Notes: generated by a model from the sequence alone, not told the origin. A stretch of 64,000 nt of DNA from an uncultured beta proteobacterium (GCA_963810175.1 CAWEMU010000053.1:85515-149514); one strand, 5' to 3'. Positions 31,090 to 42,007 are shown, counted from the first letter of the stretch. A program made the numbers and translations.

Positions 31090-32388
31090 ATGACGACACC
31101 ATTCACAGCCCGCCGCCTCGATCGTGGCGAAGCCCTCTTCTGGTTCCTCGACCGCTTCTCGCCGATGAACTTCGCTGTCATTGCCGAGGGCAGTGGCAGG
31201 CTCGACGAACAGGCGTTGCAGGAAGCGCTCGCTGCCGCGCAGAGGCGTCACCCGCTGCTGACAGTCGCCATCGAGGCAGATTCGGAGCACCGGCTGCATT
31301 TCGTGCCGAGACCGGGACAGGTCTTGCCATCGCCGCATATTGCTGCTGCCGACTGGCGCAGCGAACTGGCCGAGCGCATCGTCGAGCCGTTCATGCTCGG
31401 CGAAGCGCCACTGGTGCGCGCCTGCCATGTTGCCGACGGGGATCGGTGGGCCATCGCCCTGATTTTCCATCACTCGATCGGCGACGCCCGTTCGGGCTTT
31501 GCCGTGCTGAGCGAAGTGCTGCAGGGTGTGGCCGGCGTCGGCATCGACGATGCGCCGCTGCCGGTGCAGCCGCCGATGAGCGCGGTCTATCCGCCGGAAT
31601 TCAGCGGCGATGCCGGGCGCCAGCTGGCAGGGCAGATCAAGGCCATGCGGCGGGCCGCCGCCGAGCGCACCGGCCTGCCGACACCGCAGGCCGGCCATCG
31701 CCTGAGCGACCGGCTGCACCCGCGCATGATCACGCTGCAATTCAGCGTCGATGAGGCCGAGGGGCTGGTGCGCAACGCGCGCGCGGCACAGGCGACCGTC
31801 AATGGCGTGATCGGGGCCGCGCAGTTGATCGCGTTGCGCGAACTGTTCGCCGACGACGAAGAGCGGGTGCTCGGCCTGACCTGCGCCGCCGACCTCAGAC
31901 CCTACCTCGCGGAGCCGATCGGCGCCGAAACGCCGGGCTTCTACGTGACACTGGTCACCAGCATCCAGCGCGTCGGCACCGGCGCGGCTCTGTGGCCGCT
32001 GGCGCAGCGGCTGACCGTGGCGATCCGCCAGCAACTGGCGGGCGGCGCCGGTCACCTTTTTTACGATTTCATGCCGCCGGTCGATCAGATTCCCGCCAAC
32101 GACGAAGGCGTTGCCAGCTTCAACGAACTGATGCTGCGCGGCGTGCAGACCAGCCTGCTGTCGAATGCCGGGCGTTTGCCGGCGCTCCCCGAACTTCCCG
32201 GGTTGACCGTCGAGGCGCGCTCGTTCGCGCTCTCGCCGACGACGACGCAGCCGGTGTTCACGGCGGTCACGACCCACGCTCGCGGCATGACGGTCAATAT
32301 CAACTACAACGCGGCGCAACTCTCGGATGACGACGCCCGGGCCGTTGCCGCTTCGATGCAGCGCCTGCTGCGCGAAGCGGCGGCCTGA
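31090..32388 (+). CDS. Stand-alone condensation-domain/PapA5-like acyltransferase
   Basis: RHPLL, FHHSIGDA, ATVNGVI, ADLRPYL, LSNAG. Confidence 0.78.
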   Translation: MTTPFTARRLDRGEALFWFLDRFSPMNFAVIAEGSGRLDEQALQEALAAAQRRHPLLTVAIEADSEHRLHFVPRPGQVLPSPHIAAADWRSELAERIVEPFMLGEAPLVRACHVADGDRWAIALIFHHSIGDARSGFAVLSEVLQGVAGVGIDDAPLPVQPPMSAVYPPEFSGDAGRQLAGQIKAMRRAAAERTGLPTPQAGHRLSDRLHPRMITLQFSVDEAEGLVRNARAAQATVNGVIGAAQLIALRELFADDEERVLGLTCAADLRPYLAEPIGAETPGFYVTLVTSIQRVGTGAALWPLAQRLTVAIRQQLAGGAGHLFYDFMPPVDQIPANDEGVASFNELMLRGVQTSLLSNAGRLPALPELPGLTVEARSFALSPTTTQPVFTAVTTHARGMTVNINYNAAQLSDDDARAVAASMQRLLREAAA

Positions 32389-32481
32389 TTTCGGCGAACC
32401 TGCGCGGGCGGCGCGACTCCTCGCGCCTGCCGTCCGCCGTTCCGTCACGGGCACGGTAGCGGCAGGGTCTTCGCCGGGGGG

Positions 32482-32509
32482 CTTGAATTTTCCGTGCCCG
32501 CCCCCATCT
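32482..32509 (+). promoter_or_regulatory. Sigma32 (RpoH) promoter of htpG
   Basis: CTTGAA-N14-CCCCATCT. Confidence 0.85.
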
Positions 32510-32546
32510 CCCGTCACACCTTTTGTTTTGAATGGGAGTCATGGGC

Positions 32547-34459
32547 ATGTCCGAGTCTGCAACTGCGGCGCAAAACCGCGAAACCCTGGGTTTCCAGGCC
32601 GAAGTCAAACAACTGCTGAACCTGATGATTCACTCCTTGTACAGCAACAAGGAGATTTTTCTGCGCGAGCTCATCTCCAACGCGTCCGACGCCTGTGACA
32701 AGCTGCGTTTCGAGGCGCTCAACAACGGTGCGTTGTACGGTGACGATGCCGATCTCAAGATCCGCGTTTCCTTCGACAAGGCGGCGCGCACCATCACCAT
32801 CTCCGACAACGGCATCGGATTGAGCCGCGATGAGGCTGTCGAACACCTCGGCACCATTGCCAAGTCAGGCACCAGGGAATTCTTCTCGGCGCTGACCGGC
32901 GACCAGGCCAAGGACGCGCACCTGATCGGCCAGTTCGGCGTCGGCTTCTATTCTTCGTTCATCGTCGCCGACAAGGTGACCGTCGTTTCGCGCCGCGCTG
33001 GCGTCGAGCCGAATCAGGCCGTCTGCTGGGAATCCGGCGGCGAGGGTGATTTCACCGTCGAGATGGTCGAGAAGGCTGGCCGCGGCACCGATGTCACGTT
33101 GCACCTGCGCGAAGGCGAGGATGAGTTCCTCGGCGGCTGGAAGCTGAAGTCCATCATCCGCAAGTACTCCGACCACATCACCCTGCCCATCGTCATGAAG
33201 AAGGAAGACTGGAAGGACGGCGAGCAGGTGCTGACCGACGAGGACGAGACGGTCAACCAGGCCAATGCGCTGTGGGTGCGTCCCAAGTCCGAGATCAGCG
33301 ATGAGCAGTACAAGGAGTTCTACAAGCACGTCGGCCACGACTTCGAGGATCCGCTGGCATGGACCCATGCCCGCGTCGAGGGCAAGCAGGAATACACGCA
33401 ACTGCTCTACATCCCGGCCCGCGCCCCGTTCGACCTGTGGGACCGCAATGCCCGTCACGGCATCAAGCTCTACGTCCGTCGCGTCTTCATCATGGACGAC
33501 GCCGAACAGTTGATGCCGCTCTACATGCGCTTCGTGCGCGGCGTCGTCGATTCGTCCGACCTGCCGCTCAACGTTTCGCGCGAAATCCTGCAGCAGAGCA
33601 AGGACATCGACGGCATCCGCAGCGGCTGCACGCGCAAGGTCCTGTCCATGCTGGAAGACCTTGCCGAGAACGACAAGGAAAAGTACGCCAAGTTCTGGGA
33701 GAACTTCGGCGCCGTCCTCAAGGAAGGCGTCGGCGAGGATTCACGCCAACAAGGAAAAGATCGCCGGCCTGATCCGTTTTGCCTCGACGCACAACGATAC
33801 CACCGAGCAGAACGTCTCGCTGGCCGACTACATCGGCCGCATGAAGGAAGGCCAGGAGAAGATCTACTTCGTCACCGCCGAAACCTTCAACGCCGCCAGG
33901 AACAGCCCGCACCTCGAAATCTTCCGCAAGAAGGGCATCGAGGTGCTGCTGCTGTCGGATCGCGTTGACGAATGGGTGGTCGGCCACCTGACCGAGTTCG
34001 ACGGCAAGCACCTGCAATCCGTCGCCAAGGGCGGCCTCGACCTCGGCAAGCTGGAAGACGAAGCCGAGAAGCAGGAAGCCGAAAAGGCTGCCGACGAGTA
34101 CAAGGAGCTGCTGGAAAAGGTGAAGGCCTCGCTCGGCGACAAGGTCAAGGACGTCCGCGTCACGCTACCGCCTGACCGATTCGCCGTCCTGCCTGGTGTC
34201 GGACGAGCACGATCCGTCCGGCAACCTGGCCCGCCTGATGAAGGCCGCCGGCCAGCCGATGCCGGCGACCAAGCCGATCCTCGAAATCAATCCGCAGCAC
34301 CCGGCGGTGATGCGCCTGAAGTACGAGGAAAGCCGCTTCGACGACTGGGCGGCACTGCTCTTCGAACAGGCCACCCTCGCCGAAGGCGGTCAGCTCGATG
34401 ACCCGGCCGGCTTCGTCAAGCGCATCAACGACCTGATGATGGCGCTGTCGGCCAAGTAA
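32547..34459 (+). CDS. htpG: Chaperone HtpG (Hsp90), two frameshifts (near 33740 and 34165)
   Basis: [49 protein letters not shown]. Confidence 0.95.
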
Positions 34460-34471
34460 GCTGTTTCAAAG

Positions 34472-34535
34472 CTTCCGGGCCGTCTGCTGCACCCCAAGGG
34501 TACTTCCTGCGGGGCGCGGTCGACGGCCCGGGAAG
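34472..34535. repeat. Long imperfect hairpin (terminator or REP-like element)
   Basis: CTTCCGGGCCGTC...GACGGCCCGGGAAG outer stem enclosing CCCCAAGGGTACTTCCTGCGGGG. Confidence 0.55.
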
Positions 34536-34636
34536 GGCAGGATCGGTGGGCGCGTCCCGCGATATCATTCGCAGGCTTCAAGTCCGCTGGACAACGGTGA
34601 TTCAGTAGTTGGATCAACATGGAGTAGACTGGGCTG

Positions 34637-34885
34637 ATGGATTACGTCTTGACTGACCATGCGCGGAAACGCTGCAAGAAGCGAAGAATTCAAGACGAAT
34701 GGATATTGGCAACCATCGAACATCCGGCAAGAACGGAAAATGATGAAAATGATCCAACCCTGGTTCATGCTTTGCGCGCAATCCCTGAAAGGGGTTTCCG
34801 GGTGCTCAGAGTGATCTATAACGAAACCGCAGACCCGATAACCGTTGTAACCGTTTATTTTGACGATAAAGCGAGCGATCCATGA
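34637..34885 (+). CDS. DUF4258 family putative toxin (RelE-like fold)
   Basis: LTDHARKRCKKRRI, LRVIYN, VVTVYFD. Confidence 0.8.
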   Translation: MDYVLTDHARKRCKKRRIQDEWILATIEHPARTENDENDPTLVHALRAIPERGFRVLRVIYNETADPITVVTVYFDDKASDP

Positions 34886-35067
34886 AACTTGAATTCGATC
34901 CTTTGGCAGACGCCGCCTATTTGGAAATCGCCGACTCGGATGTCGAGGAGTCCAAGGAAATCCAGCCCGGTATCATTGCCGATTACGACGCTCAAGGACA
35001 GATTGTCGGCATCGAGATTCTCTATGTCAGCAAGCGAGCAGTGTCACCTCTTAAACAGGCCGCTTGA
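34882..35067 (+). CDS. DUF2283 family putative antitoxin
   Basis: FDPLADAAYL, DYDAQGQIVGIEIL; ATGA overlap with the toxin gene. Confidence 0.85.
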   Translation: MKLEFDPLADAAYLEIADSDVEESKEIQPGIIADYDAQGQIVGIEILYVSKRAVSPLKQAA

Positions 35068-35222
35068 GCAAGATCGAGAACAAGAGATTGTGGCGACAGC
35101 GGAGAGCGAGTTGCGCCGGTTCACCGGGTTCCTGGCGCTCAGTGCTGGCAGTGGCATTGCTGCGATCTGCCGGAATCGCCGGGGAAAATATGGCCTCGCC
35201 ATGCGATACTCATGGCGTTGAC

Positions 35223-36071
35223 ATGACATCAGCTACCATCAAACTATTTCTCCCTTACGGCGACGCCAAGCGCTTGCGCGTCGGCGAGGTTTCGAATTGG
35301 ACCGGCAAGGCTCTTGCCGCCCCGAGAACAGAACTTGACGATCTGCTGCTCCGCGAGGAAGCGGAAAGCGCCGGGATCTACTTCCTTTTTGGCTCCGATC
35401 CGGAGAGTGGCGACGCCTTGGCTTACGTTGGCGAAGCGGAGGTAATCCGTGACCGACTGAGGCAGCACAAGGCAAAAGACTTCTGGAATGCCGTCGTCGT
35501 CTTCGTGAGCAAAGACGAAAATCTGACGAAGGCACACATCCGTTACCTGGAGAACCGCCTTCTTCAGGAAGCAAAGAAGGCTGGCCGCTATCGTCTTGAG
35601 AACGCCAACACGAGTAATCCGAAGCTCCCCGAGTCCGACCGCGAAGACATGGAGGTTTTCCTTTCGCGTATCCGGCAGGTCCTGCCGGTACTGGGCTCCG
35701 ATCTGCTCACGCCAATCTCTGGGTCCGTCAAAAATGCCAAGCCGCAGACGGAACTTCAGTGCAAGAACAAGGGTGCCGTTGCTCGGGGTCGGCGGACGGA
35801 AGGTGGGTTCGTCGTCTTCAAAGATTCGACAGCGGTTGCCGCGGAGCGACCATCCGCCGAAACACAGCACCCATTTGTTGTTGCGCTCCGCAAGAAGCTG
35901 GCCCAAGACGGCACACTTGTGGAACAGGACGGCTTCCTTGTATTCACGAAAGATACCGAATTCGACAGCCCGAGTGCCGCAGCCGCGGTCATTCATGGCG
36001 GCGGAGCCAACGGCCTTACCGCTTGGAAGGACCCGGGTGGCAAGACGCTCAAGGAACTCGAAGGGAATTAG
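35223..36071 (+). CDS. GIY-YIG nuclease family protein with DUF4357 domain
   Basis: GIYFL..AYVGEAE..RL..H, LTKAHIRYLE; F.SPSAAAAVI.G..ANG..AWK. Confidence 0.87.
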   Translation: MTSATIKLFLPYGDAKRLRVGEVSNWTGKALAAPRTELDDLLLREEAESAGIYFLFGSDPESGDALAYVGEAEVIRDRLRQHKAKDFWNAVVVFVSKDENLTKAHIRYLENRLLQEAKKAGRYRLENANTSNPKLPESDREDMEVFLSRIRQVLPVLGSDLLTPISGSVKNAKPQTELQCKNKGAVARGRRTEGGFVVFKDSTAVAAERPSAETQHPFVVALRKKLAQDGTLVEQDGFLVFTKDTEFDSPSAAAAVIHGGGANGLTAWKDPGGKTLKELEGN

Positions 36072-36247
36072 CCGTCAAGAAGGCCGGAGCGCCGGCGACC
36101 ATGGCTTGCCGGCAACATTCGCGCTGCTCGCGCGGGCGGTCGGTGCGGTCAGACTATCAGAAATTGGCAAAATGCTGTCCAGCAAGCCTGAAACGCTTTG
36201 GCGACGTGATTGCCTCATCCACCCCTGTTTGTGACAAGGTGGCTTGA

Positions 36248-37328
36248 ATGACTGACCTGTTTTCCCCGCTGCGCCTCGGCGCCATCGACGATGCCCAACC
36301 GCATCGTCATGTCGTCGCTGACGCGCAATCGCGCCGGCGTCGGCAATGTGCCGACCGATCTGGTGGTCGAGTACTATCGTCAGCGCGCTTCGGCCGGCCT
36401 GATCCTGACCGAAGCGTCGCCGATCTGTCCGGAGGCCCATGGCTATCCGCGCACGCCGGGTATCCATACGGAGGAACAGATCGCCGGCTGGAAGAAGGTG
36501 ACCGCTGCGGTGCATGCGGCGGGCGGCAGGATCGCCATCCAGCTCTGGCACGTCGGGCGCATCTCGCACCCCGACCTGCAGCCGGGCGGTGCCACGCCAG
36601 TGGCGCCATCGGCGCTGTGTCCGGTGGGGCAGGTCATGACATTCAAGGGCATGCAGGAATACGTGACGCCGCGCGCGCTGGAAGCCGCCGAGCTTCCTGC
36701 GCTCGTCGCCAGCTACGTGCAGGCGGCGAAGAATGCGATGGCGGCGGGTTTCGACGGGGTCGAAATCCATGCCGGCAACGGCTACCTGATCGACCAGTTC
36801 CTGCGCTCCTCGACCAACCAGCGCAGCGATGCCTATGGCGGCAGCAAGCAAAACCGGGCGCGCCTGCTGCTCGAAGTCCTTGCAGGCGTCTGCGCGGCGA
36901 TCGGCAACGGACGGGTGGGCGTGCGCCTGTCGCCGGTGACGCCGTTCAACGATATCAGCGACGCCAATCCGCAGGAAACCTTCGATTACGTGGTGGGCGA
37001 ACTCAACCGTTTCGATCTCGCCTTCCTCGACATCCTGCAGGGCACCGGCGGCGCCGCGCCGGAACAATGGCTGCCGTTCGACTACGCTCGTCTGCGGGCG
37101 ATCTACAAGGGCAATCTGATCCTCAACAACGGCTACGATTTCGCCACCGGCCAGGCGGCGGTGCAGGGCGGGGCGGCGGATGCCATCGCCTATGGCCGCG
37201 CGTTGCTGGCCAATCCCGATCTGGTCGAACGCTTCCGCCGCGGGGCGCCGCTCAACCAGCCCGACTATACGAAGCTCTATGTCGGCGAGGAAAAGGGCTA
37301 CACCGACTATCCGTTCCTGGCCGACTGA
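36248..37328 (+). CDS. Old yellow enzyme alkene reductase (NemA-like), frameshift near 36290
   Basis: LFSPLRLG then NRIVMSSLTR, QLWHVGR, GFDGVEIHAGNGYL, GYTDYP. Confidence 0.9.
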
Positions 37329-37574
37329 ATGGCGGCGGGCGTTCCCGGCGCGGCCGAACTGGAGCTGCTGGTCACCCGCGTCATGCCCTTCGGCAAGCAC
37401 AAGGGAACGGTCATCGCCGATCTGCCGGGAAACTACCTCAACTGGTTCGCCCGCGAGGGCTTCCCGCCGGGCGAGATCGGGCGCCTGCTGGCGCTGATGC
37501 AGGAACTCGACCACAACGGCCTGTCCTCGTTGCTCGACCCGCTACGCAAAGACCGGCTGCCGGCCCGCAGATGA
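37329..37574 (+). CDS. DUF3820 family protein
   Basis: MPFGKHKG..IADLP..YL.WF. Confidence 0.85.
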   Translation: MAAGVPGAAELELLVTRVMPFGKHKGTVIADLPGNYLNWFAREGFPPGEIGRLLALMQELDHNGLSSLLDPLRKDRLPARR

Positions 37575-37664
37575 AGGGACCGGTTGCCCACATGGCGCGT
37601 TGCCTTCGGGCGCCGACAACGGGCCGCAATCGGGAGACGGGCGCCGGGGAAACGCCGTCGGCGA

Positions 37665-38078
37665 CTACTGGCCGCTGAAATGCCTGCGCAGGCAGTTCAT
37701 GTGCTCTTCGCCACTCTTGCTCGAGCAAGCCACGTACGCACTCTGATTCAGTTCGCACTGCTGACGATCCCTTGCCCGCAGCGTGCTGCAATCGACCTCC
37801 GGTATCATTCGCTGGGTGCATTGGCGGAAGTCCCAGCCGAACAGGCCCGCGCATTGTTGCGATGCCCGTTTGCGCGCTTCGCACTGCTGCCGGTTGCCGG
37901 CGTTGGAGCAGTCGAAGTTCCGCAGTTGCTGGTTCACGCAGATCTTGAAGGAGGAACCGGTCTGATCTGCACAGATCTTCTGCGCAAGTTCACGGTCCTG
38001 CGCGGTCTGCGCCATGGCCGGAAGGCAGAAAATGGATGCCATCAGCGCGCCGACGAAAATCATCAAGGTGGATTTCAT
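37665..38078 (-). CDS. Secreted Cys-repeat protein (paralog B)
   Basis: AGGAG RBS, signal peptide ending AMA, 10 Cys in about 2.5 repeats. Confidence 0.78.
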   Translation of the reverse strand: MKSTLMIFVGALMASIFCLPAMAQTAQDRELAQKICADQTGSSFKICVNQQLRNFDCSNAGNRQQCEARKRASQQCAGLFGWDFRQCTQRMIPEVDCSTLRARDRQQCELNQSAYVACSSKSGEEHMNCLRRHFSGQ

Positions 38079-38315
38079 GCATTTCTCCTTGCGGGTTGGC
38101 CTTGGCTCATTCCAGCGGAACCTGCTGCCAGTGCGATGGGCCATTATAAATGCCAGTCCGCAAATGAAGAAGTCGGCCGGACACATGGCCCAAGGCCACG
38201 CCGGGCGCGCTTCCCTTGGTCCCGACAGCGCCGGGCAGGTGTGCCCTGCGGACCGGGCGCGGTCAACCGGCCTGGAGGGGCAGAAATGGGGCGGATGTTC
38301 GGCCGCCCCCGGAGA

Positions 38316-38910
38316 TCACTTGCCGCTGAACTGAGCGCGCCAGGCAAGCCATGTAGTCGGGTCCCGGCTTGTCCTTGCACGCTTCGCGGGCCTTCTGGAC
38401 CTGCTCGCAACGCTTCGGATCGGCTGCCGTGCTGCATTCGACCGGCGGCATCTTCTGCTGGACGCACTGGCGGAAGGCCGGACCGGCCTGGCCCTTGCAT
38501 TCCTGATACACCTTCTTGCGCGCTTCGCACTGCGGCGGGTTGCCCGACTTGGCGCAATCGAAGTTCTGCATCTGCTCGCCCATGCACTGCTTCCGCTCCG
38601 GGCCGAACTTGTCGCTGCAGGCGGCGTGTGCCTGGTCACGGGCTTGCTGATGCGCCTTGCAGGCTTCCGGATTGGGCGCCTGCGTGCAATCGCGCGGCCC
38701 ACGCCGCCCCATTCCCCGACCCATGCCCTGACCGGCGCCAGGACCCATCCCCGGACCCATTCCAGGACCAGGGCCCATCCCCGGGCCCATGCCGCCCGGG
38801 CAGGGGGCAGCGCCGCAGGGGCCCGTGCCCGGCCCGGTCTGGGCCATCGCCGGCAGACAGAAGAGGGATGCCATCAGTGCGCTTCCGACAATCATCAGAC
38901 GGGTTTTCAT
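38316..38910 (-). CDS. Secreted Cys-repeat protein with GMGP repeats (paralog A); probable frameshift near the 3' end
   Basis: AGGAG RBS; signal nearly identical to paralog B; three 4-Cys repeats; alternative frame ends AQFSGK, matching paralog B HFSGQ. Confidence 0.78.
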
Positions 38911-39045
38911 TTGTTTCTCCTTGCTGGTTGGTGTGAGGCAATTCTAGGCCCATGTGCCGCCCATGGCGCCGGAAATTGTAAATGAGTGCAAGCGGCAGCG
39001 AGGGCAGTTACAAAGCGTTACGCATGGCATGCTATATTCGTCCGC

Positions 39046-40830
39046 ATGAATGAAATCAACGCCAACGAGCACCGTCTCACCCTTTCCGAAGTGCTCGACT
39101 GGATGGTCGCCGACGGCCTGGTCGAGCATGCGGTGGCCGAGGCGCTGAAGACGGAGCGCCGCCTGCACGGCAACAAGGTGCACCCGCTGGTGGTCATTGC
39201 CGACCAGAAATGGCGGACCGGCGGCACGCCGGTGCGTCTGCTGACGCTGGAGGCGCTGACCGAATGGCTGGCCGGCAAGGTGGGCCTCGACTACCTGCAC
39301 ATCGACCCGCTCAAGATCGATTTCACCGGCGTCGCCGAGGTCATGTCGAGCGCCTACGCCGGCCGCTTCGGTATCCTGCCGGTGCAGGTGACGACGCGCG
39401 AGATCGTCATCGCCACTGCCCAGCCCTTCATCCGCGAGTGGGTGCCGGAACTCCAGCATATCCTGCGCAAGGACATCCGCCGGGTGATGGCCAACCCTGA
39501 TGACATTTCGCGCTATCTGGTGGAATTCTTCAACCTCGCCAAGTCGGTCAAGAAGGCTGCGGCCAAGGGCGAGGTCACGTCCGGCCTGTCGAGCTTCGAG
39601 CAACTGGTCGAACTCGGCAAGGGCAACCGCCAGTTCGACGCCAACGACCAGCACATCATCCATATCGTCAACTGGCTGTGGCAGTACGCCTTCGACCAGC
39701 GCGCCTCGGATATCCACATCGAGCCGCGGCGCGACCTCGGCATCGTGCGCTTCCGCATCGACGGCGTGCTGCATCAGGTGTACCAGATTCCGATGGCGGT
39801 GATGAACGCGATGACCAGCCGGATCAAGCTGCTCGGACGGATGGACGTGATCGAGAAGCGCCGCCCGCAGGATGGTCGCGTCAAGACGCGGACACCGGCC
39901 GGGCAGGAGGTCGAGCTGCGCCTGTCGACGCTGCCGACCGCCTTCGGCGAAAAGCTGGTGATGCGCATCTTCGACCCCGAGGTGCTGGTGCGCGACCTGC
40001 GCTCGCTCGGCTTCTCGGGCGACGACGAAACGCGCTGGAAGCAGATGACGGGAACGCCCAACGGCATCATCCTGGTCACCGGGCCGACCGGGTCGGGCAA
40101 GACGACGACGCTGTACACGACGCTCAAGCAGCTGGCGACGCCCGAGGTCAATGTGTGCACCATCGAGGACCCGATCGAAATGGTCGAGTCCGCGTTCAAC
40201 CAGATGCAGGTGCAGCACAACATCGACCTCGGCTTCGCCGATGGCGTGCGGGCGCTGATGCGGCAGGACCCGGACATCATCATGATCGGCGAGATCCGCG
40301 ATCTGGAAACGGCGGAAATGGCCATCCAGGCGGCGTTGACCGGTCACCTCGTGTTGTCGACGCTGCATACCAACGATGCGCCGTCGGCGATCACCCGCAT
40401 GCTCGACCTCGGGGTGCCGGCCTATCTGATCAATTCGACCATGCTCGGCGTCATGGCGCAGCGCCTGGTGCGGACGCTGTGCCCGCACTGCAAGAAGGCG
40501 ATGCCGATTACCGAGGACCAGAAGGCGACCTGGCGGGCGCTGGTGTCGCCGTGGAAATCGAACGAGCCGGTGCAACTGCATCAGCCGGTCGGCTGTCTCG
40601 AATGCCGGATGACCGGCTACAGCGGGCGCGTCGGTATCTACGAAATCCTGCTCAATTCGCCGGAAATGCGCAAGGTCATCCGGAACAATACGGAAGTCGT
40701 GCAGTTGCGCGATCTCGCCAGCCGCGAGGGCATGCGCCCGCTGCGCATTTCGGGCGCGCTCAAGGTGGCGCAGGGGCTGACCTCGCTCGACGAGGTCGTC
40801 AAGGTCGCGCCGCCGGGAGACGAGCAGTAG
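39046..40830 (+). CDS. GspE/PulE/PilB family secretion ATPase (orphan)
   Basis: ASDIHIEP, RRPQDGR, GPTGSGKTT, RQDPDIIMIGEIRD, LHTN, two CxxC motifs. Confidence 0.93.
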   Translation: MNEINANEHRLTLSEVLDWMVADGLVEHAVAEALKTERRLHGNKVHPLVVIADQKWRTGGTPVRLLTLEALTEWLAGKVGLDYLHIDPLKIDFTGVAEVMSSAYAGRFGILPVQVTTREIVIATAQPFIREWVPELQHILRKDIRRVMANPDDISRYLVEFFNLAKSVKKAAAKGEVTSGLSSFEQLVELGKGNRQFDANDQHIIHIVNWLWQYAFDQRASDIHIEPRRDLGIVRFRIDGVLHQVYQIPMAVMNAMTSRIKLLGRMDVIEKRRPQDGRVKTRTPAGQEVELRLSTLPTAFGEKLVMRIFDPEVLVRDLRSLGFSGDDETRWKQMTGTPNGIILVTGPTGSGKTTTLYTTLKQLATPEVNVCTIEDPIEMVESAFNQMQVQHNIDLGFADGVRALMRQDPDIIMIGEIRDLETAEMAIQAALTGHLVLSTLHTNDAPSAITRMLDLGVPAYLINSTMLGVMAQRLVRTLCPHCKKAMPITEDQKATWRALVSPWKSNEPVQLHQPVGCLECRMTGYSGRVGIYEILLNSPEMRKVIRNNTEVVQLRDLASREGMRPLRISGALKVAQGLTSLDEVVKVAPPGDEQ

Positions 40831-40834
40831 AAGT

Positions 40835-42007
40835 CTAGCGGGACAGGGCGCGCATGGCGCGCTCGAGTCCGTCCGGGCTCAGCGGGAACATCCGGTTGCC
40901 GAAAAACTGCCGGATCATCTGCAGCGACGGCGCGTAGGTCCAGTGCTCCTCGGGCAGCGGATTCAGCCAGACGGCGCGCGACCACGTGTTCAGCATGCGT
41001 TCCAGCCAGGTGGCGCCGGCTTCCTCGTTCCAGTGTTCGACGCTGCCGCCGGGCCGGGCGATTTCGTAGGGACTCATCGTCGCGTCGCCGACGAAGATCA
41101 GCTTGTAGTCGGCGCCATAGGTATGGATCACCTCCCAGGTCGGCATGCGCTCGCCGTGCCGCCGGCGGTTGTCCTTCCAGACGCCCTCATAGACGCAGTT
41201 GTGGAAATAGAAATGTTCGAGGTGCTTGAATTCGCTGCGCGCGGCTGAGAACAGTTCCTCGCAGGCCGCGATGTGGTCGTCCATCGAGCCGCCGATGTCG
41301 AGAAAGAGCAGTACCTTGACCGCGTTGTGCCGTTCCGGGCGCATTTGCAGGTCGAGCCAGCCGGCGTTGCGGGCGGTGCCGGCGATCGTTCCGTCGAGAT
41401 CGAGTTCGGTCGCCGCGCCTTGCCGGGCGAAACGGCGCAGGCGGCGCAGCGCGACCTTGATGTTGCGCACGCCGAGATCGACGCTGTCGTCGAGGTTGCG
41501 GAACTCGCGTTGCTCCCAGACCTTGATCGCCGTCCGGTTGCCGGCCGATTCGCCGCCGATGCGGATGCCTTCCGGATGGTAGCCGCCATGGCCGTAGGGT
41601 GAGGTGCCGGCGGTGCCGATCCATTTGCTGCCGCCAGCGTGGCGTTCCTTCTGTTCGGCGAGGCGTTGCCTGAACTGCTCGAACAGCTTCTCGTAGCCGA
41701 GCTTCTGCAGCTTGAGCCGGTCCTCCTCGGAGAGATGGCGTTTGGCCGCCAGCTCCAGCCATTCCTCGGGGATCATCGCCTCCAGCCCGGGCAGCGCCTC
41801 GACCCCCTTGAAATACTCGCCGAAGGCGCGGTCGAAGCGGTCGTAAAGAGATTCGTCCTTGATCAGGATGGCGCGCGCCAGCAGGTAGAAATCGTCGAGG
41901 CTGGCCTCGACCAGCCGCGCCTGCAGCGCCTCGAGCAGGGCCAGCAACTCCTTGGTCGAAACCGGGAGCTGGCGGGCCTTCAGATGCAGGAAGAAGTCGA
42001 CCAGCAC
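40835..42007 (-). CDS. VWA domain protein (CoxE-like), MoxR partner
   Basis: GGSKWIGTAGTSP, DIGGSMD, YFHNC, FVGDATM. Confidence 0.88.
   Translation of the reverse strand: MLVDFFLHLKARQLPVSTKELLALLEALQARLVEASLDDFYLLARAILIKDESLYDRFDRAFGEYFKGVEALPGLEAMIPEEWLELAAKRHLSEEDRLKLQKLGYEKLFEQFRQRLAEQKERHAGGSKWIGTAGTSPYGHGGYHPEGIRIGGESAGNRTAIKVWEQREFRNLDDSVDLGVRNIKVALRRLRRFARQGAATELDLDGTIAGTARNAGWLDLQMRPERHNAVKVLLFLDIGGSMDDHIAACEELFSAARSEFKHLEHFYFHNCVYEGVWKDNRRRHGERMPTWEVIHTYGADYKLIFVGDATMSPYEIARPGGSVEHWNEEAGATWLERMLNTWSRAVWLNPLPEEHWTYAPSLQMIRQFFGNRMFPLSPDGLERAMRALSR

Noticed and set aside
38700-38830. GC-rich tandem repeats
   Set aside because: Encode the GMGP peptide repeats of the Cys-rich protein
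39046-40830. Type II secretion or type IV pilus locus
   Set aside because: Only the ATPase is present; orphan GspE-like genes are common in betaproteobacteria
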